Shown here one piece after another: positions 1-13,398 of a stretch of DNA of 64,000 nucleotides. Source of the stretch: Crassostrea angulata (lineage: Eukaryota); contig NC_069115.1 of NCBI RefSeq assembly GCF_025612915.1, positions 25,727,757 to 25,791,756 of the forward strand. The letters run 5' to 3'. The notes beneath the pieces are model-generated. The model did no database searches, had not been told where the DNA came from, and was given only the letters and a program-made list of their open reading frames with translations. Each line of letters begins with the position of its first letter. The stretch's first letter is position 1. Made by a program: the position numbers and the translations under genes.

Positions 1-115
1 TGATATGACCATAAAAATGGATTTTATTTATACCGGATCTTCATGTATTATTGTACATTGTCCAGATAGTTTGTATTGTGACTCCATTAGGCTGATTTTA
101 TCATACCTATTGTTC

Positions 116-153
<38 letters not shown>

Positions 154-155
154 CA
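1..155. repeat. Dispersed host repeat copy; uninterrupted paralogue of the sequence that flanks the piggyBac insertion
   Basis: nt 40-150 align with 46600-46667 plus 49263-49325; TTAG at 87-90 sits where the duplicated TTAA occurs in the occupied copy. Confidence 0.6.
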
Positions 156-245
156 ATTCTAGAATTTTTTTATTTGTATCTTCGAAACCTTAATTATTCA
201 ATTCAATTTTTTGTCCCCTTTTGAAATTAGCCTTGTGGAGGTATT

Positions 246-420
246 AGTCCCATTAGGACAGTTCTAGCTATTACTGGTCCTAACTTCACCAAACTTGAAT
301 GGATGGTGTGTCTTATGATACTGATGCACCTGACAAGCATGGATGCTGAACCTGAGCCATAGGTTTTGGATGCCGGAGGAGGTTAAAGCCTCAGTCACAA
401 CTGGTCATACGTGTTTGGTG
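246..420. repeat. Single unit of a ~190-bp repeat family (also at 2021-2165 and tandem at 15240-15660)
   Basis: shared string ...ttactggtcctaacttcaccaaacttgaatggatggtgtgtcttatgatactgatgcacctgaca... recurs at the listed sites. Confidence 0.6.
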
Positions 421-614
421 AATGTGCATGTGCTATGGGTTTTTCCAGTCGTGGCTCCCGTGGCTGATCGTAGCATGAAAAATTGTGTTGAAGTGATTGA
501 AAGTGCAGTTTAAGACAAACGGATGCTTGATGTGCCAGTTGAAGGTGTCATGTACAATTTTGTTTGGAGACGGGCAACGACCGTAGGAACTGTACTTGTG
601 TCGTACTATAAGGA

Positions 615-1530
615 TTTTTTGTCCCCCACCGCAACGCGGAGCGGGGACATAGAAATGCCGGGCGTCCGTCCGTGCGTCCGTGTGTCCATGCGTCTCTGCA
701 TCCGTGTGTCCGTCCGTCACACTTTTTTGTAAGCGCTCTCATGCCTACAAATTTTGACGCATTTTCATTAAATTTATACCAAATGTTTTTACAATTAATA
801 CTTTGGTCAAGTTCGAAAATCAGCATTGGTGGATACTTTTTGTTTGAATTATTGGACTTTAATCACAATAATGACTCCGTTTTATCAAAAAATTGACCTT
901 GTAAGCGCTCTCATGCCTACAAATTTTGACGCATTTTCATTAAATTTATACCAAATGTTTATACCACTAATACTTTGGTCAAGTTCGAAAATCAACATTG
1001 GTCGATACTTTTTATTGGAGTTATGGGACTTTGATCACAATAATGACTCCGCTTTATCCAAAAATTGACCTTGTAAGCGCTCTCATGCCTACAAATTTTG
1101 GTGGATTTTCATTAAATTTATACCAAATGTCTATACCACTAATACTTTGGTCGAGTTCGAAAATTAGCATTGGTCGATACTTTTTGTTTGAGTTATGGGA
1201 CTTTGACCACAATAATGACTCCGTTTTATCCAAAAATTGACCTTGTAAGCGCTCTCATACCTACAAATTTTGACGGATTTTCATTAAATTTATACCAAAT
1301 GTTTATACCACTAATACTTTGGTCAAGTTCTTTTAGATTGTAGTATTTTGGATATATTTGCGACAGGAAAAATAGAAAAAAAAATGGGTGGTGGGGGTAA
1401 AAAAATGTTCCTCCCAACCTCCCCACACATTTAATTCTGGAACAGCCCTGAATGTTTGAAAATATTCCAATATACAGTATACTAGTATACTGCTTGACCG
1501 GCGGGGGACCCAGGAATTCTATTCTTGTTT
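615..1530. mobile_element. Non-autonomous satellite-carrying element, copy A (Helentron/HINE-like: 28-nt palindrome 621-648, (GTCY)n 655-720, tandem array, conserved tail 1470-1530)
   Basis: gtcccccaccgcaacgcggagcggggac is a perfect 8-bp-stem hairpin; followed by a gtccgtc-type microsatellite and then 172-bp units; whole structure recurs at 19150-19950. Confidence 0.6.
729..1330. repeat. 172-bp tandem repeat, 3.5 units (unit starts 729, 901, 1073, 1245)
   Basis: unit gtaagcgctctcatgcctacaaattttgacg...ccaaaaattgacctt repeats head-to-tail; six-frame ORFs here are repeat artefacts. Confidence 0.9.
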
Positions 1531-2160
1531 AATGAACATTTTTTATATCTATCTTGTGTATGGGCAATTCGCACGCACCACGAGCAGAATGGTGTATGCA
1601 TGATGTAAGTATGATGTACGTCTACTGTACGTTTCATTTATATGTTGATGGTGAGCAGAGGTAACTTGCAGTTAACGTACGTGTAACGCAAGGGACAAGT
1701 GAGATCCCCTTACGTCATTTGTGCAAGTCAAATCATACGGTTATTTTACAGGTTCCTTGAGTGAGGTGCAAGTGTGTTTTCAGATCTCGCAAGGAAACCG
1801 TGGTGATTGTTGTGCATGTCCAACAGCCACCGTGCATGCTTACGGGAAGCGTATGTCCTTCCAAAATTGTAAGATGCACTTGCGTGTCTTGCAAGATTTT
1901 TTATTAAAATCCGCCTGTAGACTACCTGTAGAAGCACGTGCGACCAGTTGTGACTAATGCTTATGGTTTTAATAGCTGGTTAAAGTTTTTGAAACAGGTG
2001 CCCTCTGATGATAATATCTTAGTTATTACTTGTCCTAACTTCACCAAACTTGCATGGATGATGTGTCTTATGATACTGATGCACCAGATAGGCTTGAATG
2101 CTGAACTTGAGCTATAGGTTTTGAATGCTAGATAAGCTTTAGTTTTTTGGAACAGGTCAC

Positions 2161-2900
2161 ATGTGTTAAAGATAGATATATGATACAATATAATATCAAA
2201 TGTTATGTTGTACAAGTTGTATGATACAATATGATATTGTATCAAATTTTTTGTTATTTTATGATATGATATTGTATCATGATATTGTTATGTATAGTAT
2301 TTTATATTATGATACGGTATAATATTGTATTATGCTTTTGTATTATTAATTAATTATTTTTTTCACATGATATTGCTATATATAATATTGTATTGTATGA
2401 TACATATTGTATATAACATAATATTGTATCATACAAAATTTTATAGTATGATATAGGTTTCTATTATATATTATATTACATGAAATTGTATTTATTATAT
2501 GATATTGTATAATTACATAATAGTGTATTATATGATATTGAAAATAAAATATGAATTTGGTTTATATAATATATTTCATATCACATGAAATTGAATTATA
2601 TAATATTGTAATTATATTGTATCTTATAATTCAATATGTATAATATGATACTGTATTATATAATATTTTCTATATTATTTGATATTGTATCATATGATGT
2701 GATACAATGTTGTATCAAATTGTATTGTATCATAAGATACAATATCATATTAAGTATCAAATATGATACAGTATCATGCAATATTATACTACATTAATTT
2801 ATACAAAATCATATCAAATGTTACAATATTGTGATGTTTTATGTGATATGATATTGTATCATATAATAATATATTGTTTCATTCATATATATAATTATAT
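2161..2900. repeat. AT-rich palindromic minisatellite-like block (gatattgtatcat / atgatacaatatc motif)
   Basis: dense reiteration of the self-complementary motif atacaatatcat and variants; same family at 7306-7570, 17035-17600, 18050-18135. Confidence 0.8.
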
Positions 2901-3539
2901 ATATAAAACTTTGACCCGTGCATACACTGGTTAACATTGCATATGATATGGGACATTTACGAAATAGATACATCAAAACACCATATATTGTTGATATTTG
3001 CATAACCAAGCTTGAAGCCTACAATAATGCTATTAATTTCACTACACCCTGCTAAGTTGGAATAATTTAACCGTGTCTTTGGAAAGGCCTTTACCACAGT
3101 TAAAATGCCTTGCATATACACTGTACCTGTAATGTAGCAGAAGATTGCAGATTCGCTCCAAAAATAATCGATTTTGGAGAAAATAAAGTTGCATTGAAAC
3201 TAACAGTCAAATTGTTCATAACAAACCATTTTGAAGCTGTAAATATCTTTCTTCAAAAAGGTTAATTTTGTAATTGCAGATTTCAACATTTTTTTCAACA
3301 ACGTTTTTTACACACCATGTTTACATTCGAATCTCTCTGGACTTTTTATAGTTACTGTAAATGCACTGTGTTAGAGTTATCTCCCGTATTTTCTTTAATG
3401 AACAGAATAAAAAATTCCAATGAAAATTTACACGAATTTGTTTTATTCTTTCTAAGTTTATCAGTGCAAATGTGATATTGTGGAAACATGCCCAAGAGTG
3501 TAAAAAATTTTGAGGAATTTTCGTTGATTTTTAATTAGC

Positions 3540-3684
3540 GAAGCTTGATTGAGAGAAAATAAAAAACAAATTGGCAATCTTCAAGTACCAATGATGTTTG
3601 AAATATATAAAACAAATGACAGTACTCTTCTGATTTATCGGTATTAAAGCCCAAAAATTTGAGTCTATTATTTTAATATGGTAG

Positions 3685-3690
<6 letters not shown>
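3540..3690 (-). repeat. Tail segment of the 165-bp-satellite carrier family (reverse complement of 42990-43150)
   Basis: revcomp of ctcgaatttttgggctttaataccgagaaattggaagaattctgtcttctg matches 3600-3670. Confidence 0.6.

Positions 3691-3780
<90 letters not shown>
3688..3780. repeat. (TA)n followed by (CA)n microsatellite
   Basis: direct reading; the YIYIYI ORF in the track is an artefact. Confidence 0.95.
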
Positions 3781-3783
<3 letters not shown>

Positions 3784-3958
3784 GTGAAACACGCTTATAA
3801 CGAAGTCCCAGGGACGGCCAATTTAACTTCGTTATAAGCGTAATTCGTTATATCTGTCAAGTTTACAACATGAAATAGAGACTTGGGGAATGAAATTCAC
3901 TTCGCTGTATGCGTCAATTCATTATAAGCGTGTTCGCTATAACCGTGTTTTACTGTGT
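3781..3958. mobile_element. Small foldback/MITE-like element with ~25-bp inverted termini, bracketed by (TA)n(CA)n on both sides
   Basis: cacagtgaaacacgcttataacga at left vs revcomp of cgctataaccgtgttttactgtg at right; internal palindrome gcttataacgaagt...acttcgttataagcg. Confidence 0.4.
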
Positions 3959-3995
3959 GTATATATATATACACACACAGAACAGGCAACGCTAA

Positions 3996-4163
<168 letters not shown>

Positions 4164-4188
4164 TAACAAATAACTTGCATGTTTTTTT

Positions 4189-4297
4189 ATCCCCTCGCGC
4201 AACTTGTTGCGAAGGGGATATAGCATTGCTATTGTGCGTGTGTGTGTGTTCGTATGTATGTATGTATGTATGTATGTATGTATGTATGTATGTATGT
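4189..4297. repeat. Hairpin-plus-microsatellite module: 31-nt palindrome then (TGTA)n
   Basis: atcccctcgcgcaacttgttgcgaaggggat is self-complementary; near-identical module at 53986-54051. Confidence 0.7.
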
Positions 4298-5249
4298 GTG
4301 CTCTCTATCTCAATTTTCTAGTAAATTAAAAAAAAAACTTCCAATGGAATTTCCTTAACCTTTGCACAAGTATGCCTCATTGTAAAAGATTAAAACAAAT
4401 GCAATATCATATTAATTGGTCAATTTTTAATGCAAAAACTTTAATGATAAAATTACACAAAATTCGTTCAAAACTAAAAATATTTATCATAGATTGCACA
4501 CTTCTGTAAAATAATAAATAAAAAATGCATGTGCCATTCAAAACCATTAAATTATACTATTACAAATTATTATTTCATTAAATCAATGTCATAACCAACT
4601 TTATATACGAGTAATCAATCGAACTTTCTGAGTAAGTTATCAATCTTCCACTTCACTTCTTTGAAACCAAAGTGAAAGTAAGCAGTTCAAATCAACAACT
4701 TGATATTTTTTGGATTTAGATCGAGTACAGGTAAAGAAAATGTAGTTTTTGCAGTAATGTAGGGATAGTAGAATGTGGTCTTACTATATATTCCTAAGTA
4801 ATACATCCCTATACACAATAACTCATGTCGCGAGGGGATGCTCCGCTTAGCGGTGCCCTTGTTTATATTTAATGACGATATTTAACCAGATTTTGACAGA
4901 GATTATAATCGAAATACTTGGAGTCTTTTTTACTATTTTTTTTTTATTTCATAGCTATTAAATAAATTATTAAAGTATTTAATACTTATGAAGCAATTGC
5001 AAATAAAATAATTTTCAAATCCATTATCATATTTTAAGAAGGCCGTTAAAATAAAAATTATCATGAAATGATTTTAATTGCCAATTAAATTATAAATGTG
5101 TACGCAGTGTGATTATGTTTTCTTAACAATTAATTGGACTGCCTACATTTGTATTGTTTGTTGTTGAAGTCCATGCGTGTCAACTAATGATGAGCAAGTG
5201 ATTAAAAATTAGGGCTTCCTATAGAGGTTAGCATTCGCTCGCGATTGAG

Positions 5250-5251
<2 letters not shown>

Positions 5252-5302
<51 letters not shown>
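5252..5302. repeat. (CT)n microsatellite
   Basis: direct reading. Confidence 0.95.
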
Positions 5303-5529
5303 TAACAGAATAACTAGATAATTTTTTTTGAGAACGAAATGTTGTTAAACAGTTCTTATGTTCTTACACATTTTAAAGAAATTAAGAACACGTTTAAAAA
5401 GTTTTGCTGTTGATATAAAACATTTTAGTAAATGTATTGATATCATTTTATGTGTGCATGTACATGTAATCTTATTGAATATATAGCTACTACACATAGG
5501 TAAAGCCGTTTTCCGTTTTCGTAACCTTA

Positions 5530-5563
5530 CCCCCCCCCCCCCCCCCACCCCCCCCCCCCCCCC
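5530..5563. repeat. Poly-C tract (~34 nt, one A interruption)
   Basis: direct reading. Confidence 0.95.
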
Positions 5564-7075
5564 AAAACAGTTAACTTTATTTGACTTTAGTCCCAATTGT
5601 TTTACACAAAGGTGTGAAACCATCGCACTGACAGGATATCACTCTACGCTTGAATGCACAGAATACACAGGAATGAGGCAGGAAGATAATCTGTGTAACG
5701 ATTGACCAAGAATAGTTCTACATGCCAAACAATTTTACTAATAGTTATATCAAATAATTGATTCATTTTACTGTGTTCTTTAACCGCTAAACGTATAAGA
5801 TGTTCCTTCCTGTAAAAAACATCCATTTTAAACTAAACGAGAGATATAGAAAAAACACAACAAATTAAACTTTCCAAACACAGTATATCATGCATCACGA
5901 ACATTGTAAAAAACTTAACTGTTAGACATACTTCTTATTTTCTTTATTAAAAATAAAACTAATAGAACGAAACTTTATCATGGAAGGAACACGTGGTAGA
6001 GCTAGCGGACTGATTTCATTGACAGGTGCAGTACGTGGACTCAAATCTGAAATTGCATGATTGATTCAATCACCGTACCATATTCTTTTATGAATACTAA
6101 TTTTATGAATATTTAGTATTGGATATTAGTATATTTCACATAAATGTACGTTAAATTAAATCTCTCTCTCTCTCTCTCTCCTGTGTTGTGCGATTAGACG
6201 AAGCTGTACGCGATATAGACTTTTTCTTTTGTCGTAAATAGGTGTGAAAACCCTCAAGGGCATATCGTTTTCTACCTAACTGAGTTTGTTAATCACTACA
6301 TGTATACACAGAAAATGATCGTGTCTGACTTAAACTTTATATGTATACACAGGAAATGCATACTGACATAACACGTTATGATTCCATGTGCTTTAACGCA
6401 GCACCAACTTTATAAATGAATGATGATTTTATTATTGAATGGAAAAATGGATTCGTTAGTTGATTCCCGACATTTGTTCATTTCTCAATTTAAAACATAC
6501 ACATGTATTAATTGACAGTTTACGGCGTTATGCGTGTCAACTTATAAAATGAGGAGATGAAATTGCTCTGCATTGATACAAGTTCATCTAATGAAAATAT
6601 TTAATTTTAAGATTGTTATAAAAACAGGATTAACAACTAATAGAAATAATAACTGAAATAAGCACGTCAAATACAAAGATATGTGTTATTTACACATCAC
6701 AAAATTTAACAGCGTAATAATCATGTAATGTTGTAATTCGAATGTAGTTTCCAATTTCATAAAATTCTATTTCATAAATGTAATTTATTAATTTTATAAT
6801 AATAATTTGGACCACAATTCATTTACAATGCAGCTGTTATGCTTAAACCTGAAGTTGCATATTTGACATGGATTTACGCGACCTGCATTGCCTGTAATGT
6901 ACAGTACAGGTAAAGTAACAACAACAAGCAGCAGCAGGAATAACGGTAAATCACACCGTCGCTGTGTCATCACGGTCGCAATCCATACTGCGATCAAAAA
7001 CCGCGATGGTGTATCGCGGGAACGATAAAAAATACCGTGACAGTAATTCGGGCCAATACAGGATCCGCGTTGCCT

Positions 7076-7077
<2 letters not shown>

Positions 7078-7106
<29 letters not shown>
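7078..7106. repeat. (TA)n microsatellite
   Basis: direct reading. Confidence 0.9.
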
Positions 7107-7246
7107 TAGGGATGTCAATCGAACGTCCGAGTATTGAATACTAAAATTGGTACTCGGTTACTCGGATGTATATATTTTTAAATATTCAGGAGCCTGAAGA
7201 TTATAATGAAACCGGTAGAGTTTTGAATCGGCTTTCTGTTATTTTT

Positions 7247-7250
<4 letters not shown>

Positions 7251-7300
<50 letters not shown>
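7251..7300. repeat. (AT)n microsatellite
   Basis: direct reading. Confidence 0.95.
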
Positions 7301-7304
<4 letters not shown>

Positions 7305-7305
7305 A

Positions 7306-7680
7306 ATTATTATGTTATGATATTGTATTATGTGATCAAATACCATAATGTATTACATGATTCAATGTCATATCATATTTTACAGTTACTGTATCATATT
7401 GCATAATTATTTTTATGGTAATGTATTGTATTATATGATAAATATTGTTAATATGATAGGATGCAATAATGTATTTTATATTATTGTATTAATAAGCATT
7501 TATTTATATCTTATAATACTGTATGAAATGAACATATGATTATCATTAAATTTTTTAACATGATATACGATATTGTGTCAAAACAGTATCCATAAGTATC
7601 CAAGATCATAAGGTATTATTTTCATATAATATGATAAAGTTGGTCTCATAAAGGTGATACCTCGTTAAAACGATACCTCG
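7306..7680. repeat. AT-rich palindromic family block plus a conserved tail also found at 20160-20345
   Basis: 7485-7680 aligns with 20160-20345 (…atactgtatgaaat…catatgatatacga…gtatccaagatcat…ctcataaaggtgat…). Confidence 0.7.
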
Positions 7681-8020
7681 TTTGGTAAGCTTTGTAATCT
7701 GTGATTACCTGTGTTTTGCTATGGTAATCAGGTGACTGTCAATGCCTCTGGTGAGCAATGTGGGCCATGGGCCTCTTGTTATCAGAGAGTTTAGAGTTTT
7801 GGGAAGGAATTGGTTTACTTACATCTATCCTTTAACCTACCGGTATTTATTATGATCACTACCACTTTAACTGAATATCTGAAGTTGTTAGTTAGTTAAG
7901 TAAGTCAAAGTAATTTATTGCTGTTTAGGTGAGAGATATGACTTTTGGGCCTCTTGATTGTTCTATTTTTATACATTTAAAGGTATGATTATTAAATGTT
8001 ATATTATTTTTGTCTTCTAG

Positions 8021-8112
8021 GAGATTGAGGGTATCATCAGTCCATTGGTCATTAACCAAGGAGAATCCTTACGATTAAAAGCAATTCAAGAATTTAAAGA
8101 TCGATTTGGAAA
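8021..8112 (+). CDS. MVP: Major vault protein homologue, internal exon (MVP repeat domain); translation EIEGIISPLVINQGESLRLKAIQEFKDRFG(N)
   Basis: acceptor tgtcttctag| and donor |gtaaat; aligns with vertebrate MVP ...[28 protein letters not shown]...; ends in phase 2 and joins exon 14509 in frame. Confidence 0.85.
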
Positions 8113-8880
8113 GTAAATATTTCTTTTTTCTTCTGATACTTGCTTGTTAACTCGAGTGCAGGTTTTGTGAAAATTTTTGTGAGTATTTAGTGTTTTTGTG
8201 AATTTTGCAAATTTTGCACTTTAACAGAGAACTCTTTTGATGTAAGAAACAATGGATATAATATGATATAATTTTGGCTGTGAAAACTGCATTCTATACT
8301 CAAGACTTTTTGGTATATGTGTTAATGTTTTGTATGCAGTATTTATACCCACAAAACACTTTATTGTATGTGTTACTTTATATGCCATATTTTTACCCCA
8401 CCCAATGAAGTTTTGAGGGATATAATATGTTTTGACCCGTCAGTCAATCCGTCAGTCTTTGTTTTCTTGTAATCTACAGAAAATTTTATGAAACTTCATT
8501 TGTAGGTATTTAGGACACAATGTACATATCTTATATTACCAGGAAAATCAATTTTCATTCATTTTGCTTGGAATTTCAGCATTTTGCAACTTAAAATTAT
8601 AGTATTTAACAGTTTGTAAGCATAGCATCTTTTAACGATTTCCAATCCTCAGCAAAGCAAGATAACTCGTTCTCATATTCGGAAATAGTTATTCGTACCG
8701 TGAAGTCCAGCATTTATATTTTTCGGAAATCTTTTGTCAAAAAAGGAGAATATGTTACTAGTAAACAATCCAACATGGAGGGAAACAATAAAGGTCGGTT
8801 CAAAATAGGGTTTCACTGACTGTGACATAAATAACAGCATTGATGAAACTCAGACATACGCAGATTATGTAAATTCTGGT

Positions 8881-9680
8881 TTGGAGTTGGATCACTGTAA
8901 AAATGATAGCGAAGAACTTTCTCGATCGACATATTCCAATATTTTTGATAGGCGAAGGATGGTAGAGTTTTCAGTTTTGGTTGATCATCTAGAGCGAGGA
9001 TGTGTTGTGTGCCATAAACCACTAAATTTAACAAAGTGTGTAAAAGAAAAACAGTATGGTCTTGTGAGCTTGTTGTACATAGAGTGTACCTGCTGCAAAG
9101 AGTTGACTATTGTACCAACAGGGAAGAGACACAACATTGGTGCAAATGGCCAAGGTCCTTTTGATGTGAATACTAAACTTGGCTAAATAATACACTGGGT
9201 ATCCATAGACCAATACTATTTGCTCATAACAGCAGAAAATTTGATGTGTTGTTTTATCCAGAGCAATGAGAAAATGCTCTGACTAATATACCATTGCAAG
9301 ACTGCATTATTAGATTCTGTGATACTCTGCCTATGTTGAAGAATCATGCATCTTGTAATACCACAAATTCAACTCTGGAGACCCTTGTGCTAGAAACTCT
9401 AGGCTGTACATTCGAGGCACATGATGCACTTGAAGATTGTACATATCTACAGAAACTTGTCGAACATCACAGTACAGATTCATATTATTTGAACTATACT
9501 TTCAGTATGGATTATATGATGCAAGTTGTACTACAGATGGAAGACTCTAAATCTAACTTGCAAACTTTGATGTCCTTGCTAACAAATAAAACAGTGCCTG
9601 AGAGCATGGTGAATAGGATGTCTCTCTCTGGCCTTTCAATACATCATCTGCAGTTAAACGTACCAAAGAGGAGGCTTTGA
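8881..9680 (+). pseudogene. Decayed DEDDh (DnaQ-like) 3'-5' exonuclease-domain relic with Cys-rich segment; motifs scattered over three frames
   Basis: frame a: ...CVVCHKPLNLTKC...ECTCCKE...GPFDVNTKLG (Exo I-like FDxxT); frame b (9180-9270): ILFAHNSRKFDVLF (Exo II-like AHNxxFD); frame c: TLETLGCTFEAHDALEDCTYLQKL (Exo III-like HxAxxD). Stops and frameshifts separate them. Confidence 0.4.
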
Positions 9681-10137
9681 TGGTGTACTGAGTGAATGTT
9701 TTCATGGAAAACCAAGAGTAACAAAGCGCAGGAACATTACTACATCTGTCGTTGACTTTTTGAAAGAAAGATAACTCTTTCTCATACATGATGAAAAGAT
9801 ATTTTCGTTTATTTCCATGATTATAATACTGGATACAGCACATTTTTATTTATTTATTTTACATCTACATATCTACTTAATGTTTTTATGTGCAGCAGTC
9901 AAGTGTAATCATGTGACATTTCTTTCTAGACTGATTTTTATAATTTTTTTGCTAAAATTAAACAACAATATCAGATTCATATTTATGTCCGTGGAATGAA
10001 CATATGCTTTGATACTCTACTGAATACAAATTAGCAAAACTTTGAAGTCACTTCTTTTTCCTTATATAAATCTATATGGGTGATAATGCATTATCTTTGA
10101 AAAACGCATGGAAACAATACATAGAAATGCTTCATTA

Positions 10138-11391
10138 GGGCCCCGCAAGGATTTGCAGGTGCCCTATAGTAATTACTCTGTCCGTCCTTCTGTCTGTCCG
10201 TCTGTCGCTCTTCCGTCCACAAATTTTCTGTTTTTTTTCTAATAATTTTTTTCATGGTTGCCCAATCAAGTTCAAATTTGGTATGGTAGTACAGTAGGCA
10301 GAAATACATATTTTGATGCTAAGTTTGGTTCTCTATGTCTTCCGGTTTGGAGCTGGGGTGGTGGGGTAGATTCCTTAACTATACATAATAATGAATGGGC
10401 AAAGAGAGATAACTGCTGAGAATGTTACCATTGTATACTTGGAAGACTGTGCAATATTTGTCCTTTGGGATTAATTAACTTTCCACAGGAAGAAAATCCT
10501 AAGCTTTACCTTTATCTGTCACACTGAGATTAATTACTGCACTGCCTGTGTCTGCAAATGAACTTTGTTTTGAAGTTAAGGTCAATTTTGAATGATGTGT
10601 AGTATTGTGTACATTCTTTGAAATATGGATTTAAAATATATAATATTCATACTTTATTTTGGTTAAAATACCGTACACAATGATTTATAATAATTTTATT
10701 GAATTCTAAAATCAAGATATATATTAAGATATCCTTGTTCACTATTTTATTTTTTAATTATTAATTTTATTTTTTTCTGCCTTTATGCTGTTAGTTTTAA
10801 CAGGTAATCAGATAATAACCCCATTCTGTCATTTCTGAAAAAAAAGTCTTATTGTAAATTTAGAAGAAAAGGATGAGAGAGCAGAACAATTAATCCCCTG
10901 GGATTAATTATCTTGCCTGCTGCAGAAAATTTAGAGGCTTATCTCTATCTGTCATATGAAGATTAATGAACACCTTTGTCTGCAACTGATGTTTGTTTTG
11001 AAGTTGAGGTCAACCCTTGGTGATACAATGTATTTGCATTCACTGAAGGCTTGCATTTTATAAAACACCTGTTTAAATCTTTTGTAAATACACAGTTAAT
11101 TTAGTTTTTTTTATAAGACATGAGGTTATCCCTGTTTTATGCAGATACAAGGTTACTATTTAGAGTTTTTGGACATTCAGGAATTATCTTGAAATTTTAA
11201 AAATACAGTTGTTACTTATAATTTTCATATATTTTTTTTACCACCTTATATATATTGCAGTTCTTTACATCTTATGCCGGGCATTTATTTTTCATCATTG
11301 TTAATATAATGAGGATGGAATTCAAAGTTTTTTTCACTTCTCTATATTAATTGTCATAGCGGGGCCCTTCCTGACTGGTCAGTTTTCTAGT
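10138..11391. repeat. ~1.25-kb dispersed repeat (family X), copy 1, uninterrupted; short inverted termini GGGCCCCGC / GCGGGGCCC
   Basis: near-identical to 36467-37416 + 38715-39115; contains (GTCY)n at 10180-10205. Confidence 0.8.
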
Positions 11392-12260
11392 TTATTATTA
11401 TAATCATTAGTATATGAGACTGTAAAATGTCATTTGCTTTAAAATTTACACTTTCAATTTTTGGTACCTGAGGATCGGAGAACCTTAAACCACTGCACAG
11501 CATTTTGAAAAACCTTTTTAGGACACAATATGTAAATCTTCATATTACCAGAAAATTCCTATTCCATTGTTTTTCTTGGAATTTTGGCATGTTTGAATTT
11601 AGAATTTGTTTTTGTTCAAGACAAAGGAATAGATTACATATTTGCAAGAAGTTTTGATCTGATGAATTTTTGCAACTAATGCCCTTTTTCAAATTATTTT
11701 GTGTACCGGTAGTTAATGCATACCCTGCCATTAATTATGTGTATTTGCATTGTCAAGAAATGGGGGGGTTGTTGTTACTTGTTTTGCTTTAATCATGGTT
11801 TTTCAGTCATTTTGTCCCCACTTCATTTTCCAGACTATACTGTTTGAAAAACAGCAAGTATAACCACAAGGCCTATTCAATATGTAAACTTAATTGAATA
11901 TAGAGATCTGATGTGGTAAAGTGCTGAAACAAATTATAAATAATTTATGAATACACGGTATAATAAGCAAACTGACATTTAAACAATTCACACAATAATT
12001 CCTATATATCATATATATCGATCATAGTTGTCCTAAGAAATAAATTGACAATAATCAAAGTACACAAATTCCAAAATGTACACCCATTATTAAAACAGAA
12101 GCCTTAGGAAAATTATGGAATGTAGGTAAAAAGTGGAAAATTTTATTGAAAAATATAAACATAGAATTTACACGTATAGGTGTGATGTGTACTTAATTTC
12201 TTTTATAAGAATCTTTAACTAAATTTTCTCTTCACTTTTTTAGTTAAAAAACAATTATTA

Positions 12261-13336
12261 CCGTATTTTTCGGAAATTAGGTCGATACTTTTTTTTCCTG
12301 GCACGTGGATATCTCCCTATTCATCGCTTCGACCAATTTAAGTTTTTTTTTGGTTGGAAAATTTGATATGAAATTTTGCAAAAATTTATGCAACCCTCCA
12401 ATAAAATCATGAGTGTTAACTATAATACTGCTTGAATATCTGTGTAAAAATCATATGAATTTTAATCAATATACTGTAGTAATTTATCATTTAAAAATGT
12501 AAGTAGATTTATTTCTTCTTACATTTCTTACTTAGATCACTGACTGAATCATCTTTCGATCATTGTTATATGCTGTCATGCATTTTCATGATTTTGATCG
12601 TGTGCTTACGATAAACAGGAAATCGATTTCGCGCGGTAAAAGTAAAATGAGAACCGTACAAAGGGTAATTATGGAGGAAAATTATATATCGTCTGGTAGA
12701 AATAAAAAAAACCAATTTGTTTTCATAATAGAATACATGAACAAGTTTTTTTCTGTATATTCAACATAAAACTTTCGATGAAATTTTAGCCAGGTGTCTC
12801 TGAAATCAGTCTGGGTAGCGCTTACTTTGTTTATACACAGTTGAACTCTCGGCACGTGCTACTCATGCCCGCAGACTTCGATAAGATCAGAGGTTGACTC
12901 GTGTGTATATACACAGTAAAAAGTCACACAGAGACACAGGGTGGCATGTGCTACCGTAATCATGCCTCCAGGCTAGGTTACTATCCGTCGGTTAACACCA
13001 GTTTGTACACATGGTAGGGAAGTAATAAAAAACGATCTTAAATTAAAACCGGCCGTACTGAATTAATTGGTTTGAAAATTTTGATGCAATTTCAGACATT
13101 TTCTTACGATGTTTTCAAGAAATACATTTTATTTCCCTTTTGTTTAAAACTGTGAAATAAGATTAAAGGCTACTATATGATAACGTTATTGGTTTAAACC
13201 ATTTATTCATTAGAAGTAGCGGTAATTTTTCGACCAATTCTTCGAAGTCGACCTATTTATACTTTTTTAAATTTTTTGGCTAAAATGGCCTCCTTCGCCC
13301 AATAAACCGTATCGACCTAATTTTCGAAAAATACGG
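12261..13336. mobile_element. Non-autonomous DNA transposon (MITE-like, 1,076 bp) with 28-bp TIRs and TA/TA flanks (Tc1/mariner-type)
   Basis: left ccgtatttttcggaaattaggtcgatac vs revcomp of right gtatcgacctaattttcgaaaaatacgg (27/28); TA at 12259-12260 and 13337-13338; no long ORF. Confidence 0.65.
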
Positions 13337-13398
13337 TAATTGTTTCTAAATGAAGAAAGCCAGCTGGGGCATATATTGCTTACTGTGGAATCATTTTA

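Noticed and set aside
826-1240. Overlapping 80-aa ORFs in the track (also 19213-19781)
   Set aside because: Same peptide reiterated because it lies within a 172-bp tandem repeat (172 is not a multiple of 3, so frames rotate); no start context or homology.
1961-2245. 94-aa minus-strand ORF
   Set aside because: Falls in the AT-rich palindromic minisatellite; low-complexity translation.
3531-3782. ORFs encoding YIYIYI… or CVCVCV… (also 7166-7348, 60997-61301)
   Set aside because: Translations of (TA)n/(CA)n microsatellites.
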